Shown: positions 39,930 to 50,522, counted from the stretch's first letter. The stretch is DNA of 64,000 nucleotides from Pseudomonadota bacterium (GCA_039026395.1 JBCCMK010000003.1:23899-87898); one strand, 5' to 3'. Notes: a model not told the origin generated them from the sequence alone. A program made the numbers and translations.

Positions 39930-42815
39930 TTGGGCAGAGCCGCATTTTTCATCGCTGTGTTTCTTGTGTGCGTCGCGAGCTTGACCGGCCGCGCGGTGGC
40001 GCTCGACAGCATTCCAATTACTGCGGACATTGAAGCGCTCGACCTGACCGATGTTGTGGACCGGTACCGCGATATCTCAGATCGGATCCAGGTTTCGACC
40101 GCGCCTGGCGAAGATGGCCTCGTGCGCCGCATGGAGGTGAGTGCAAGCGCCGGTGAAGCGCCGGGTTGGGCCGTTTTTGCGCTTACAAACGATACTGACC
40201 GGCAACTCGATAGGATCTTAGTCGCACCGCATTATAGGCTTCTTGGCTCTGGATTGATCTGGCCAGACCTCGGCTCAACGCGGATTTCCGCGATCACGCC
40301 GTCGCAAGGTTTCCGCCCCGAACGCGTGGAGGCCGATGGCGCGGACATCTTTCAGGTGACATTGGATCCCGGCGCGACGGTGACATTTGTGGCAGAACTG
40401 GCAGCGCCGCTTCTGCCAAAACTCTATCTCTGGGATCCTCAAGCCTATGAGGAGAACCTGAACAGCCTCACTCTTTTCCAAGGGATCGTGATCGGCGTTG
40501 CCGGGCTACTGGCGCTCTTTCTCACAACGCTCTTTATCGTTCGCGGTACACCGATGTTCCCGGCGGCAGCGCTCCTTGCTTGGTCCGTCCTGGCTTATAT
40601 CGGCGTGGAGTTTGAGCTGGTACAGAAGGTCGTTGAGCTCTCGGCACGGGAGCATCAGATCTATCGCGCTGCAACCGAAGCCCTGATCGCCACAGCGCTG
40701 CTCATTTTCCTGTTTGCATACCTGAATTTGAGCCGATGGCATGTTCGGCTCGTGCACATTTCCGCACTATCCGTCCTCGCCATGCTCGGACTTTTGGCTT
40801 TGACCCTTGTTGATCCGCAAGTTGCGGCTGGGATCGCACGGCTTTCGATCGGTGCAGTTGCCGGTCTTGGCCTGCTGTTGATTGCATATCTCGCAATTCG
40901 TCGATCAGACCGCGCTGTGATGCTTGTTCCAGCCTGGATATTGCTCCTCGCATGGGTCTATGGGGCGATGATTACGGTGATGCACCGGATTGAAAACGAT
41001 CTGGCAGCGCCAGCACTTGCCGGTGGCATGGTGCTCATCGTCCTCCTCATTGGCTTTACCGTCATGCAGCACGCCTTTGCGGGCGGCTCCACGGCGCCGG
41101 GCCATATTTCAGATTTTGAGAGGAAAGCGCTCGCGCTCACGGGTGCTGGCGACATGGTCTGGGACTGGGATGTCGCGCGCGATCACATCTATACAAGCGC
41201 TGATGCCGAGCGGCTCCTCGGCTTTGAGCGTGGCGCCCTTGAGGGGCCAGCGGTCAAGTGGTTAGGCCATCTTCACCCTTCAGATCAGGACCGCTTCAAG
41301 GCGGCGCTCGACACGATCGTTGAACTCAAGCGCGGGCGCATCGCTCAGGATTTCCGGTTAAGGGCGAAGGACGGACATTTCTACTGGCTGTCGTTGCGCG
41401 CTCGGCCAATCCTTGGTGCTGACGGCGAGGTCATTCGCTGCGCGGGCACGCTTGTCGACGTGACGGCTGAAAAAAATGCGCAGGAGCGCCTGCTCCACGA
41501 CGCAATCCACGACAATCTGACCGGCCTACCAAACCGCCAGCTCTTCATGGATCGGCTCGACACGGCTATGACACGGGTCCGCACAGAAGGTGGACCACGC
41601 CCGGCGGTTATCATTGTCGATATCGATCGCTTCCGCCATGTGAACGAGAGCGTTGGCCTCGCGGTTGGCGATTCGATACTCCTCACGATCGCGCGGCGCC
41701 TCCAACGCCATCTCAAACCGCAAGACACGCTTGCCCGCCTCGACGGGGATATATTCGGCATCATCCTCGTGTCCGAAACGACGCCGAAAAGGATTGCAGC
41801 ATTCTCCGATACGATGCGCCGAACCTTCAAATCGCCGATTACTTTTGCGGAACGAGAAATCTTTCTGACAGCTTCTATCGGCATCGCGATTTATGACGGT
41901 AACGCGGTCAAAACCGATCACCTGCTGCATGACGCTGAGTTGGCCTCGCAATATGCAAAACGCCTCGGTGGTGACCGTATTGAAGCGTTCAAAAACGCGC
42001 TTCGAATGGGATCGGTCGACCGGCTCGGCCTTGAATCCAACCTTCATCGCGCGGTCGAGCGGGAGGAGATAAAGCTCTTTTATCAGCCCATCATGCAGCT
42101 TGAGACCGGCAAGATCGCGGGATTTGAAGCGCTTATGCGATGGGACCATCCGCGTTTCGGCATGTTGGGGCCGAGCGAATTCATCTCGATCGCCGAGGAG
42201 TCTGGAAAGATTGTCGACCTCGGTCTTTATGCGCTTGATAAAGCCGCGCGCCAGCTCGCCGAGTGGCAAAAGTCGACGGTAGATCGCGACGATCTTTTCG
42301 TCAGCGTCAACGTCTCAAGTCGCCAAATTCTAAGGCATGATCTCATCAACGATATCAAATCAGTGCTCGCGCGGACGGACGTGGCCTCCGGGACGCTCAA
42401 GCTCGAAATCACCGAATCGCTTGTGATGGAGAACCCCGAATATGTTGTTCAGGTTCTCAATCGGGTCCGTGATCTGGGCGCTGGTCTCGCGCTCGACGAT
42501 TTTGGTACGGGATATTCAGCGCTCTCATATCTTCAGCGGTTCCCGTTCGACATTATCAAGGTCGACCGCAGCTTTGTTCGGCAGAACGGCAATGGCGCTC
42601 GGCCGGTCATCTTGAGGACGATCGTCGGCCTTGCCCATGATCTTGGAATGGAAGTGGTCGCCGAGGGTGCTGAGTCGGACCAAGATGCCCGCGAATTGGT
42701 TTCGCTCGGCTGCGAATACGCGCAAGGCTTCTTTTATGGCGCGCCAATGAGTGTGCGGGATGCGAGCCGTGTTTTACAAAGAGAAACTGCGCCGACAGCC
42801 CGGACGCGGCACTAA
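39930..42815 (+). CDS. membrane sensor c-di-GMP protein: signal peptide, periplasmic domain, 7 TM (7TMR-DISM-like), PAS, degenerate GGDEF, EAL
   Basis: Seven hydrophobic helices span about aa 190-400. The GGDEF site reads RLDGDIF. The EAL domain is intact (EALMRW, VNVS, EITE, DDFGTGYS, KVDRSF, AEGAE, AQG). The start is TTG. Confidence 0.9.
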   Translation: MGRAAFFIAVFLVCVASLTGRAVALDSIPITADIEALDLTDVVDRYRDISDRIQVSTAPGEDGLVRRMEVSASAGEAPGWAVFALTNDTDRQLDRILVAPHYRLLGSGLIWPDLGSTRISAITPSQGFRPERVEADGADIFQVTLDPGATVTFVAELAAPLLPKLYLWDPQAYEENLNSLTLFQGIVIGVAGLLALFLTTLFIVRGTPMFPAAALLAWSVLAYIGVEFELVQKVVELSAREHQIYRAATEALIATALLIFLFAYLNLSRWHVRLVHISALSVLAMLGLLALTLVDPQVAAGIARLSIGAVAGLGLLLIAYLAIRRSDRAVMLVPAWILLLAWVYGAMITVMHRIENDLAAPALAGGMVLIVLLIGFTVMQHAFAGGSTAPGHISDFERKALALTGAGDMVWDWDVARDHIYTSADAERLLGFERGALEGPAVKWLGHLHPSDQDRFKAALDTIVELKRGRIAQDFRLRAKDGHFYWLSLRARPILGADGEVIRCAGTLVDVTAEKNAQERLLHDAIHDNLTGLPNRQLFMDRLDTAMTRVRTEGGPRPAVIIVDIDRFRHVNESVGLAVGDSILLTIARRLQRHLKPQDTLARLDGDIFGIILVSETTPKRIAAFSDTMRRTFKSPITFAEREIFLTASIGIAIYDGNAVKTDHLLHDAELASQYAKRLGGDRIEAFKNALRMGSVDRLGLESNLHRAVEREEIKLFYQPIMQLETGKIAGFEALMRWDHPRFGMLGPSEFISIAEESGKIVDLGLYALDKAARQLAEWQKSTVDRDDLFVSVNVSSRQILRHDLINDIKSVLARTDVASGTLKLEITESLVMENPEYVVQVLNRVRDLGAGLALDDFGTGYSALSYLQRFPFDIIKVDRSFVRQNGNGARPVILRTIVGLAHDLGMEVVAEGAESDQDARELVSLGCEYAQGFFYGAPMSVRDASRVLQRETAPTARTRH

Positions 42816-42824
42816 AGGCAATCG

Positions 42825-43439
42825 TCAGGCGTGGCCGGCTTCGGTCGCCAGCATTGAGAGGTCAAAACCGAGGGTCTGAACGGCGCGACCATACTTCGTT
42901 TCCACATCATGGTCGAAAATGAGGTCGGGTTCGCAGGTGCAGTGGAGCCAGGAGTTTTCCTGCATTTCACTCTCGAGCTGCCCAGGCGCCCACCCGGCAT
43001 ACCCAAGTGCAACAACTGACCGATCTGGTCCGGTCCCGGTCACAATCGCGCGCAGAACGTCAAGTGTCGCCGTTAGCGAGAACTCATCATTTATCATGAG
43101 GGTCGAATTGTCCCGATAGTAGTCCGATGAGTGCAGGACGAAGCCGCGGCCAGTCTCAACTGGGCCGCCTTGGTGGACCGGCGTATCCCAATTCGATTTT
43201 GCATCCGCCAACATCTCATCTTCTTCGAAGATATCGAGCTGACTGATCAATTGTCGGAACGACATTTTCTCTGCGAGCTGGTTCACAACCAGGCCCATCG
43301 CGCCGTCAGACGAATGGGCGCAAATGTAGACGAGAGTCCGCGCAAATCGCGGGTCTGCCATGCCTGGCATCGCAATCAGGAGATTGCCATCCAGGAAGCG
43401 TCCCTGCTCGATTTTTTCCGATGTTTCGATCAAAGTCAT
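42825..43439 (-). CDS. YqgE/AlgH family protein (UPF0301)
   Basis: [34 protein letters not shown] and GGPV motifs typical of the family. Confidence 0.85.
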   Translation of the reverse strand: MTLIETSEKIEQGRFLDGNLLIAMPGMADPRFARTLVYICAHSSDGAMGLVVNQLAEKMSFRQLISQLDIFEEDEMLADAKSNWDTPVHQGGPVETGRGFVLHSSDYYRDNSTLMINDEFSLTATLDVLRAIVTGTGPDRSVVALGYAGWAPGQLESEMQENSWLHCTCEPDLIFDHDVETKYGRAVQTLGFDLSMLATEAGHA

Positions 43440-43450
43440 GCGAGGACGCT

Positions 43451-43478
43451 AACAATTTTTTCCGTATCCAAAATTGTT
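43451..43478. promoter_or_regulatory. perfect 9-bp inverted repeat with 10-bp spacer (operator-like)
   Basis: AACAATTTT-ttccgtatcc-AAAATTGTT lies 12 nt upstream of the algH-like start, in the divergent region shared with the DsbD-N-like gene. Confidence 0.4.
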
Positions 43479-43599
43479 TTAAGTGACTTTTGACGATATG
43501 ACGCATTGGTTGAAATACGTGGTCGAAATGACGTGCAAGTGATGGCGTCTCGCTGAATTGACAGATGCTTTCAGCGGCTCCGACATGATATCTCCGACT

Positions 43600-44403
43600 A
43601 TGCGTATAGCTTTTCAATATGTCTTTCTCATTGCGTTTGCGGGCCTAGCGCCGGCTCTCAGCCACGCTTCAGACTGGGTCGAGGCCTATCAATCAAAGGT
43701 TCGATTTGAGTCAGCAGGGTTCGTAGAGACGGATAGGCATAAGGGCTTCTTCACGGCGGTCACCTTAGCCTACGATAAAGGCTGGAAGACCTATTGGCGC
43801 AATCCCGGCGATGCTGGGATATCCCCACGCTTCGACTGGACGGGAAGCGTCAACCTGAAGAGCGCGACGGTACTTTATCCGGCGCCCGGCAAGTTCTTCG
43901 ACGGATACGCCGATTCGATCGGTTATGGCGGCACCGGCATAACGTTTCCGATCGCGCTTGAAGCAGACAATCCGGATCGCCCCATCGTGCTTTCGCTCGC
44001 CATCGATTACGCGGTGTGCGAACGCATTTGCATTCCAGAACGCGCCGAGCTTTCGGCCTTCGTGCGCCCTGAGCCCATATCTGGCGGCAGCAATGTTGTT
44101 GCGGCCTTGAACGCCGTACCGAAGAACCACGGCGGCCCAGCGATGGTTGCGCAGATTGAGCCTGGTGACCCAGCAAAATCCGTGATGGTCAAGATCGATG
44201 CGAGCGGTGATGTGGAACTTTTCGCCGAAGGCCCAAATCGAGAGCCAATGCTCGTTCCTAAGGCCCATGAAGGCGCGGAGAAGCCGACCTTTTCGGTCCC
44301 GCTCGATGGATTACCGGCCGAGAAGCGCGTTGCGGGGACGGAGTTCCGCTTCACGATCGTTAGCGCCGACGGTGCGTATGAGCAGGTGATAGCCGCCGAG
44401 TAG
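43600..44403 (+). CDS. DsbD N-terminal (alpha) domain-like periplasmic thiol:disulfide protein
   Basis: Signal peptide MRIAFQYVFLIAFAGLAPALSHA, with WKTYWRNPGDAG and YAVCERICIPE motifs. The ATG at 43600 is preferred. Confidence 0.65.
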   Translation: MRIAFQYVFLIAFAGLAPALSHASDWVEAYQSKVRFESAGFVETDRHKGFFTAVTLAYDKGWKTYWRNPGDAGISPRFDWTGSVNLKSATVLYPAPGKFFDGYADSIGYGGTGITFPIALEADNPDRPIVLSLAIDYAVCERICIPERAELSAFVRPEPISGGSNVVAALNAVPKNHGGPAMVAQIEPGDPAKSVMVKIDASGDVELFAEGPNREPMLVPKAHEGAEKPTFSVPLDGLPAEKRVAGTEFRFTIVSADGAYEQVIAAE

Positions 44404-44466
44404 CTCTTCCCTTCTCGTCTGCGGACACTAATGTCTCGCTCGAACAACCACACAGGAGAGGGCGCC

Positions 44467-44952
44467 ATGGCACTATCGACCGGAGACACGCTTCCAGAAG
44501 CAACATTCAATATCATGACAGCCGACGGGCCGGGGACGACAACGACGTCCGAGGTCTTCGGCGGCAAAAAAGTCGTAGCCTTCGCGGTGCCCGGTGCCTT
44601 CACGCCGACCTGCTCTTTGAACCACCTTCCGGGATTCATCGAGAACGCGGCGTCATTCAAGGAAAAGGGTGTCGACGCTATTGTCTGCATTTCCGTCAAC
44701 GATCCATTCGTCATGGGCGCCTGGGAAAAATCATCCGGCGCGGATGGTGCAATTCACTTCTTAGGCGATGCGAACGCGAGCTTCACGAAAGCCGCTGGCA
44801 TGGATTTCACCGTCGACGCCGTCGGGCTTGTCTCGCGGTCGCAGCGCTACGCCATGATGGTTGAAGATAAGGTCGTGAAGACGATCAATATCGAGGACTC
44901 CCCGGGTGAGGCAGAAGCTTCAAGTGCCGCGAACCTCCTCAAGGCGCTTTAG
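44467..44952 (+). CDS. peroxiredoxin (Prx5/PrxD subfamily)
   Basis: FAVPGAFTPTCS peroxidatic Cys motif. The ATG at 44467 is preceded by AGGAGAGG. Confidence 0.9.
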   Translation: MALSTGDTLPEATFNIMTADGPGTTTTSEVFGGKKVVAFAVPGAFTPTCSLNHLPGFIENAASFKEKGVDAIVCISVNDPFVMGAWEKSSGADGAIHFLGDANASFTKAAGMDFTVDAVGLVSRSQRYAMMVEDKVVKTINIEDSPGEAEASSAANLLKAL

Positions 44953-44959
44953 GTCTCGA

Positions 44960-45403
44960 CTAGGCCTTAAAGGGCTCCATACCGGCCCGGGCCAGGGCGT
45001 CGGCGCGTTCATTCAGCTCGTTGCCGTCATGGCCCTTTACCCAGTGCCACTCAATCTGATGGCGCGCGACCGCTTCATCCAGCGCGCGCCAAAGATCGTC
45101 ATTCTTGACGGGTTTTTTGCTTGCCGTTTTCCAGCCCTTTTGCTTCCAGGAAGCGAGCCACTTTGTGATGCCGTCGCGGACATAGACGCTGTCTGTATAG
45201 ACATCGACCTCGGACGCGCGTTTCAGAGCGTTTAGCGCTTCAATTGCCGCGATCAATTCCATTCGATTGTTGGTCGTGTGCGCGTCGCCGCCGGAGAGTT
45301 CTTTTTCAGCTTCTCTATATTTGAGTATCGCGCCCCAGCCGCCAGGACCCGGATTTCCGGAGCAGGCGCCGTCGGTATAAATCGTGACCCGTCCGCTGCT
45401 CAC
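44960..45403 (-). CDS. rnhA: ribonuclease HI
   Basis: [24 protein letters not shown] and [10 protein letters not shown] motifs. Confidence 0.95.
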   Translation of the reverse strand: MSSGRVTIYTDGACSGNPGPGGWGAILKYREAEKELSGGDAHTTNNRMELIAAIEALNALKRASEVDVYTDSVYVRDGITKWLASWKQKGWKTASKKPVKNDDLWRALDEAVARHQIEWHWVKGHDGNELNERADALARAGMEPFKA

Positions 45404-46359
45404 AATCCGTACTCGGAAATGCGACCGACGGCTTTGTGAAAACGATGCTTCTTGAGGTATTCGGTGGGGTCTTTGGGTTTCACAAGGGCGCCCTCAGGCG
45501 TGTTGACCCAGTCGTAAAGACGCGTCAGCAGAAACCGAAACGCCGATCCGCGCGCAAGCAAGGGTAAGGCATCGCGCTCTGCTTCAGAGAGCGGTCGAAC
45601 CGATTCATAGCCCGCAAGGAGCGCCCGGCCTTTGGTGACGTTGAAGTCGTGATCAGGCTCAAAACACCAGGCATTCAGGCAGATCGCGAGGTCGTAAGCG
45701 AACGCGTCCGTGCAGGCGAAGTAGAAGTCGATGAAGCCTGAGATCTCATCGCCAATGAAGAAGACATTGTCGGGAAATAGATCCGCGTGGATCACCCCTT
45801 TTGGCAGTCCGTCTGGCCATAGTTTTCCGAGTTCGGCGGATTCTTCGGTAAGCGCGACGGACAGACCTGCTTCAAGGTCATCGGCGCCGGCGCCGCAATC
45901 CTTCGCGAGGGTCGCCCAGCTTTCAACCGAGAGCGCGTTTTTGCGTTCGAGTGCGAACCCTTCTGATTTGAGATGAAACTCGGCAAGTGCCCGGCCAAGA
46001 GCAGAGCAGTGCTGGACTTTGGGTCGCCGAACCCACAACCCCTCAAGGAATGTGAAAAGAGCAGCCGGTCGTCCGGAAAGCGTTCGGAGTGCTTCGCCAG
46101 ACCGATCTTGGACAGGAGCAGGGACCGCAAGGCCAGTTCCTTTGAGATGATCAAGCAGTGCCAGGAAGAACGGTAGATCATCCGGGTCGACGCGCTTTTC
46201 ATAGAGCGTCAGAATGAATTGCGCTTGGTCTGTGTGGACGATGTAGTTGGTGTTTTCGACCCCCTCGGCGATCCCGCGAAACGAGAGAAGGGTGCCAAGA
46301 TCATAATCAGCGATGAACGCCGACAATTCGCCGTCTGAGACTTCCGTGTAGACGGCCAT
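45400..46359 (-). CDS. thrB: homoserine kinase (ThrB, APH-fold type)
   Basis: [12 protein letters not shown]...[12 protein letters not shown]-terminus and the [11 protein letters not shown] catalytic loop. Confidence 0.85.
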   Translation of the reverse strand: MAVYTEVSDGELSAFIADYDLGTLLSFRGIAEGVENTNYIVHTDQAQFILTLYEKRVDPDDLPFFLALLDHLKGTGLAVPAPVQDRSGEALRTLSGRPAALFTFLEGLWVRRPKVQHCSALGRALAEFHLKSEGFALERKNALSVESWATLAKDCGAGADDLEAGLSVALTEESAELGKLWPDGLPKGVIHADLFPDNVFFIGDEISGFIDFYFACTDAFAYDLAICLNAWCFEPDHDFNVTKGRALLAGYESVRPLSEAERDALPLLARGSAFRFLLTRLYDWVNTPEGALVKPKDPTEYLKKHRFHKAVGRISEYGL

Positions 46360-46368
46360 GATGTGTGG

Positions 46369-47331
46369 TCAGGCGGCGCTTTCGCGAAGGGCTCGCGGGA
46401 GATTGAAGATCACGTTCTCTTCAGCGGTTGAGACCATCTCCACTTTGAGTGTGTGGCGTTCTTCGAATGCGCCCATGATCTCTTCAACGAGCACTTCTGG
46501 CGCCGATGCACCTGCCGTGACGCCGAGCGATGTGATGCCGTCATATAGAGACCAGTCAATGTCTGATTTTCGCTGGACCAGATCAGCGCGCGGACAGCCG
46601 GCACGAACGGCGACGTCGACAAGCCGCATCGAGTTCGAGGAGTTCGGCGCGCCGACAACGATCATCGCGTCCACCCTGGGGGCGACCGCTTTCACGGCCT
46701 CTTGGCGATTTGTCGTCGCGTAGCAAATATCTTCTTTGTGCGGCGCCGTGATGTTTGGGAAGCGCTCTTTCAATATGTCGACCATCTCAGTCGTATCGTC
46801 GACCGAAAGCGTGGTTTGCGTGATAAACGCGAGCGCGTCCGGGTCGCGAGGCTCAAAGTTTCGCGCGTCCTCGGCGGTCTCGATCAACTGCACATTTCCA
46901 GGCGGAAGTTGACCCATTGTGCCAACGACTTCCGGATGACCGTTATGGCCGATCATGACGAGGTCCTTGCCGCGCTTATTGTGCAGCACCGCCTCTTTGT
47001 GAACCTTGGTCACGAGCGGGCAGGTCGCATCCAGGTGAAACATGTTTCGGCGCTCAGCTTCTTCCGGCACCGATTTTGGCACGCCATGCGCGGAGAAAAT
47101 TACCGGCGCATCGGTATCTGGGATCTCATCCAGCTCTTCGACAAAGATCGCGCCTTTTTCCTTCAGGCTTTCCACGACGAAACGATTGTGGACGATTTCG
47201 TGTCTGACGTAGACCGGTGCGCCAAAGCGTTGAAGCGCAAGTTCCACCATCTGGATTGCGCGGTCCACCCCGGCGCAGAAGCCGCGTGGAGAGCAGAGGA
47301 GTATCCGAAGGAGGGGCTTCGTCACGGTCAT
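46369..47331 (-). CDS. ispH: 4-hydroxy-3-methylbut-2-enyl diphosphate reductase
   Basis: [19 protein letters not shown] and [10 protein letters not shown] motifs. The ATG at 47331 is preferred to 47388. Confidence 0.95.
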   Translation of the reverse strand: MTVTKPLLRILLCSPRGFCAGVDRAIQMVELALQRFGAPVYVRHEIVHNRFVVESLKEKGAIFVEELDEIPDTDAPVIFSAHGVPKSVPEEAERRNMFHLDATCPLVTKVHKEAVLHNKRGKDLVMIGHNGHPEVVGTMGQLPPGNVQLIETAEDARNFEPRDPDALAFITQTTLSVDDTTEMVDILKERFPNITAPHKEDICYATTNRQEAVKAVAPRVDAMIVVGAPNSSNSMRLVDVAVRAGCPRADLVQRKSDIDWSLYDGITSLGVTAGASAPEVLVEEIMGAFEERHTLKVEMVSTAEENVIFNLPRALRESAA

Positions 47332-47435
47332 TGCGTGACCATGGTGACGCACCGCCCACAAGTCAAGGCGAACGGGTGACTCACACACTGAGCTGAGCTA
47401 TCACGAACGCCAGATGTGGCGTTCGGAGTTGTGCG

Positions 47436-47978
47436 ATGTTTCCGCTGAAATCAAAGCTCTTCATTGTGCTTTTGGGTCTCGGGTTGGCTGCCTGTAGCGG
47501 TCCAGAAATTGAAATCACCGATGAAGACATTGACCGTATCGCGCCGGATCTGAACCAGATATCTGACCAATCCTGTCCGATCGTGCGTTTACGCCCGGGG
47601 ACGCAGTCTGTTCGGCGTTATGCGCCGGGTCGAGAGCTTGATCCGCAAGGGGTGCGCTATCAGGCGACCATCAGCGAAGGCGTCCGAGAGTGCACAATAA
47701 CCACCGAGACAATCGCGATGAACGTGGGCGTCGGTGGGCGCATCGTCTTTGGCCCAGAGGGAGAACCGGGACAAACGCTTTCCCTGCCACTGCGGGTCGC
47801 TGTGGTGAAGGGATCGACGGCTGTGTTCTCGCAATTGCAGCCTGTTTCCGTCGTCACCAATCCGGGCGAGACATCGCGACCCTGGTCATCGGTCCAACGC
47901 GATATCGTCGTGACGCGCGAGCCTGGCGACAATGTCGAAGATTACCAAATCATCGTTGGATTTGACGATGGCAGCTGA
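47436..47978 (+). CDS. hypothetical lipoprotein
   Basis: Signal peptide with lipobox LGLAAC. No recognisable domain. Confidence 0.5.
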   Translation: MFPLKSKLFIVLLGLGLAACSGPEIEITDEDIDRIAPDLNQISDQSCPIVRLRPGTQSVRRYAPGRELDPQGVRYQATISEGVRECTITTETIAMNVGVGGRIVFGPEGEPGQTLSLPLRVAVVKGSTAVFSQLQPVSVVTNPGETSRPWSSVQRDIVVTREPGDNVEDYQIIVGFDDGS

Positions 47979-48004
47979 CTTCGCCTGCTCCAAAGCGCAA
48001 AAAA

Positions 48005-48493
48005 GTGGTCGTTGATTTGGAAGAATACCGAGCCACAATCGTTTGGAAGTGCGTTGGTGATTTCAGCGCAAACACATATTCTCGCGCTCACTCCTGGAAG
48101 TTCGACGGCGGCATCGACGTCCCGGCATCATCCTCGCCTGGGATCGTGCCGCTTCCGCAATCCAACGCTGAAGCGGTTGATCCTGAAGAGGCGTTCGTCG
48201 CTTCGGTCTCGTCTTGCCATATGCTGTGGTTCTTGGACCTTGCGCGGCGCGATGGATACGAGGTCTCAGCCTATGTCGACGAGGCAATGGGCTCCATGGA
48301 GGCGATCGGCAAGACTGCTCGCGGAATGACGAAATTTGCGATCACCAAGATCGTGCTTTCGCCGCGCATTACCTTCGTCGGCGTCCCGCCGAGCGATGAT
48401 GTGCACCAGCGGCTCCACAGTGACGCGCATGATGCGTGCTTCATCGCGAATTCGGTCAAGACAGAGATCGTGACTTCGCCGACAATCGCATGA
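48005..48493 (+). CDS. OsmC family protein
   Basis: PEEAFVASVSSCHMLWFL and AHDACFIANSV Cys-containing segments typical of the OsmC/Ohr fold. The start is GTG. Confidence 0.75.
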   Translation: MVVDLEEYRATIVWKCVGDFSANTYSRAHSWKFDGGIDVPASSSPGIVPLPQSNAEAVDPEEAFVASVSSCHMLWFLDLARRDGYEVSAYVDEAMGSMEAIGKTARGMTKFAITKIVLSPRITFVGVPPSDDVHQRLHSDAHDACFIANSVKTEIVTSPTIA

Positions 48494-48601
48494 TCGCGAA
48501 GCTCACGTTCCTGCTTCTGTCAGCAATCCGCCTTGTGGTGTGCATTTCGCCTTGAAATCCTTGGCGTTTCTGGCCAATTCCAGGACCAAGACTGGACGAG
48601 A

Positions 48602-49285
48602 ATGATGCGCAGTTTTCACGATATTTTCGATATAGCCGCTGAACACCATGGCGGCGTGGATGCACTCGAAACGAAGCTTGGCGAGCGTCCATATGGGCCG
48701 CCGCTTAGCGCCGATCCGTCAAGCCTTCCCGACGATCGGTGGCTGGCAGCTTTCACAAGGTTCATCTTCTGCTCCGGCTTTTCATGGAAAGTGATCGATC
48801 AGAAATGGCCGGGTTTTGAAGACGCGTTCTGGGCGTTTAACGTCAACAGGTGCGCCATGATGTCAGACGATGATCTGACCGACCTCACGAGCGATACGCG
48901 CATCGTCCGAAACGGCCAGAAGATAGTGTCGGTGCGCGATAATGCGATTTTTTTGAAGTCTCTCGCCGACAGCCACGGTACCGCCGCAACGCATTTGGCG
49001 CTCTGGCCGAAGGATGATTTCATTGGCCTTATTCGCCTGCTTCGCACGAGCGGCTCAAGGCTCGGTGGGACGACGGCGCAGTATGCCCTCCGACATATCG
49101 GCGTTGACGGATACATCCTGACGGAGGACGTGTCGCGTGCTCTCATCCGGGAGGGTGTGGTTGAGAAGATGCCGACGGGCAAAGCGGCGCAGGACAAGGC
49201 GCAAGCTGCCTTCAACGCATGGCGCGCTGAAAGCGGCCGCTCGCTTACTGAAATCAGCCGGACACTTGCGCTCTCAGTCGGCTAG
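48602..49285 (+). CDS. DNA-3-methyladenine glycosylase I-like (Adenine_glyco family) protein
   Basis: The segment FCSGFSWKVIDQKWPGFEDAF...IVRNGQKIVSVRDNA parallels E. coli Tag QAGLSW..KRE.F..AF...IIRHRGKI..NA. The N-terminal Zn-Cys residues are absent. The start is uncertain. Confidence 0.65.
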   Translation: MMRSFHDIFDIAAEHHGGVDALETKLGERPYGPPLSADPSSLPDDRWLAAFTRFIFCSGFSWKVIDQKWPGFEDAFWAFNVNRCAMMSDDDLTDLTSDTRIVRNGQKIVSVRDNAIFLKSLADSHGTAATHLALWPKDDFIGLIRLLRTSGSRLGGTTAQYALRHIGVDGYILTEDVSRALIREGVVEKMPTGKAAQDKAQAAFNAWRAESGRSLTEISRTLALSVG

Positions 49286-49295
49286 GGACTTGACC

Positions 49296-49985
49296 CTAAG
49301 CCGCGTTCAGTTGGGTCGCCAGGTCTTTCATGGAATTGAAAACGCAGTCGGCCCCGGCTTCAAGGAGCCGTTCGCGGTGACCGGGGTAAGTGTGACCGCC
49401 GCCAGTAAATCCGATAACTGGCATTCCAGCGGAAACACCCGCCTGGACGCCCGCAACTGAATCCTCAATGACGATGCAGTGTTGAGGCTCTGCGCCCATC
49501 CGAGCGGCTGCAAACAGGAAGAGATCGGGCGCCGGTTTGCCGCGTTTAACTTGCGATGCGGAGAAGATATGGGGATCAAGCCGGTCTATGAGGTCAGTGA
49601 GTTCGAGGCTCCATCTCAGCTTCTTCATATAGGTGGAGGAAGCGACGCATTTCGGCTTTCTTATCGCGTCCAGTACCGCTGTAATTCCATCGATCGGCTT
49701 TAATTCGTCCAGATAGCGTCGCTCAATCTCAGCGTCGGCTCCCGGTAGAAAATAATCCGGCAATGGTTTGCCCAAATCCGCCTCGATTTCAGCCAACATC
49801 TCCTTGATGGGGCAACCGGTGTAGCGGCGGATGACCTCTTCAGTTGAAATCTCGTAACCCAGGCGGGTGAGATGCTCAGCGTTGACGGCGTTGGAGATGA
49901 TTTCAGAATCAATCAGCACTCCGTCGCAGTCAAAGATGACGAGATCGAACGCGTTTAGATCGGGGATTTCAGGGGAAGCGGGCAT
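49296..49985 (-). CDS. HAD family hydrolase (subfamily IA)
   Basis: Motif I FDCDGVLIDSE, motif II S(S)T, and the motif IV-like EDSVAGVQAG segment. Confidence 0.85.
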   Translation of the reverse strand: MPASPEIPDLNAFDLVIFDCDGVLIDSEIISNAVNAEHLTRLGYEISTEEVIRRYTGCPIKEMLAEIEADLGKPLPDYFLPGADAEIERRYLDELKPIDGITAVLDAIRKPKCVASSTYMKKLRWSLELTDLIDRLDPHIFSASQVKRGKPAPDLFLFAAARMGAEPQHCIVIEDSVAGVQAGVSAGMPVIGFTGGGHTYPGHRERLLEAGADCVFNSMKDLATQLNAA

Positions 49986-50033
49986 GTCGTCACGCCGAAT
50001 GGGGTGGTGCCCCAGCGACGTTTTACCGACGCA

Positions 50034-50513
50034 CTAATTCAGATTTGACTTCACCTGGTCGAGGCTACGCTTAAAGAGATCGTCAGCGGTGGCACCCTTT
50101 GACTGATCGCCGAGAATTTTGCCTGCAGCGACAATCGCCGCATCAGCTGCCGCGTTTCGAACATCCGCAATCGCTGAGGCCTCAGCTTGTGCGATTTTCT
50201 GCTCCGCCTGTTTTTGGCGCCGCTCGACCATCTCGTTCAACGCTTTCGTCGCCTCGGACATCATCGCATCGGCGTCCGATTTCGCTTGAGCGACGATCTC
50301 TTCGGCTTCCTGCTCCGCGTCACGGCGCTTGCGTTGATAATCGGCCAAAAGCGACTGCGCCTCTTCGCGGAGCCTGCGGGCTTCTTCCAGTTCTTCGCGG
50401 ATGGTGTCCGCGCGCTTATCCAGCATGCCGCCGACGAGCCCCGGGACTTTCAAATAGATCAGAAGGGCGAAGAACAGTACGAGCGCGATAAACGCTACAA
50501 ATGTTGCGTCCAT
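50034..50513 (-). CDS. atpF: F0F1 ATP synthase subunit b
   Basis: N-terminal TM helix plus a long charged coiled coil. It is the last gene of the atpI-B-E-F'-F cluster. Confidence 0.85.
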   Translation of the reverse strand: MDATFVAFIALVLFFALLIYLKVPGLVGGMLDKRADTIREELEEARRLREEAQSLLADYQRKRRDAEQEAEEIVAQAKSDADAMMSEATKALNEMVERRQKQAEQKIAQAEASAIADVRNAAADAAIVAAGKILGDQSKGATADDLFKRSLDQVKSNLN

Positions 50514-50522
50514 GATGCGCTC

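Noticed and set aside
44007-44714. A 235-aa minus-strand ORF spanning the DsbD-N-like gene, the intergenic gap and the peroxiredoxin gene.
   Set aside because: It crosses an intergenic region, which is unusual. The product is Ser/Ala/Gly/Pro-rich with no motif, start context or RBS, and both sense-strand genes have clear family signatures. It is most likely a chance open frame.
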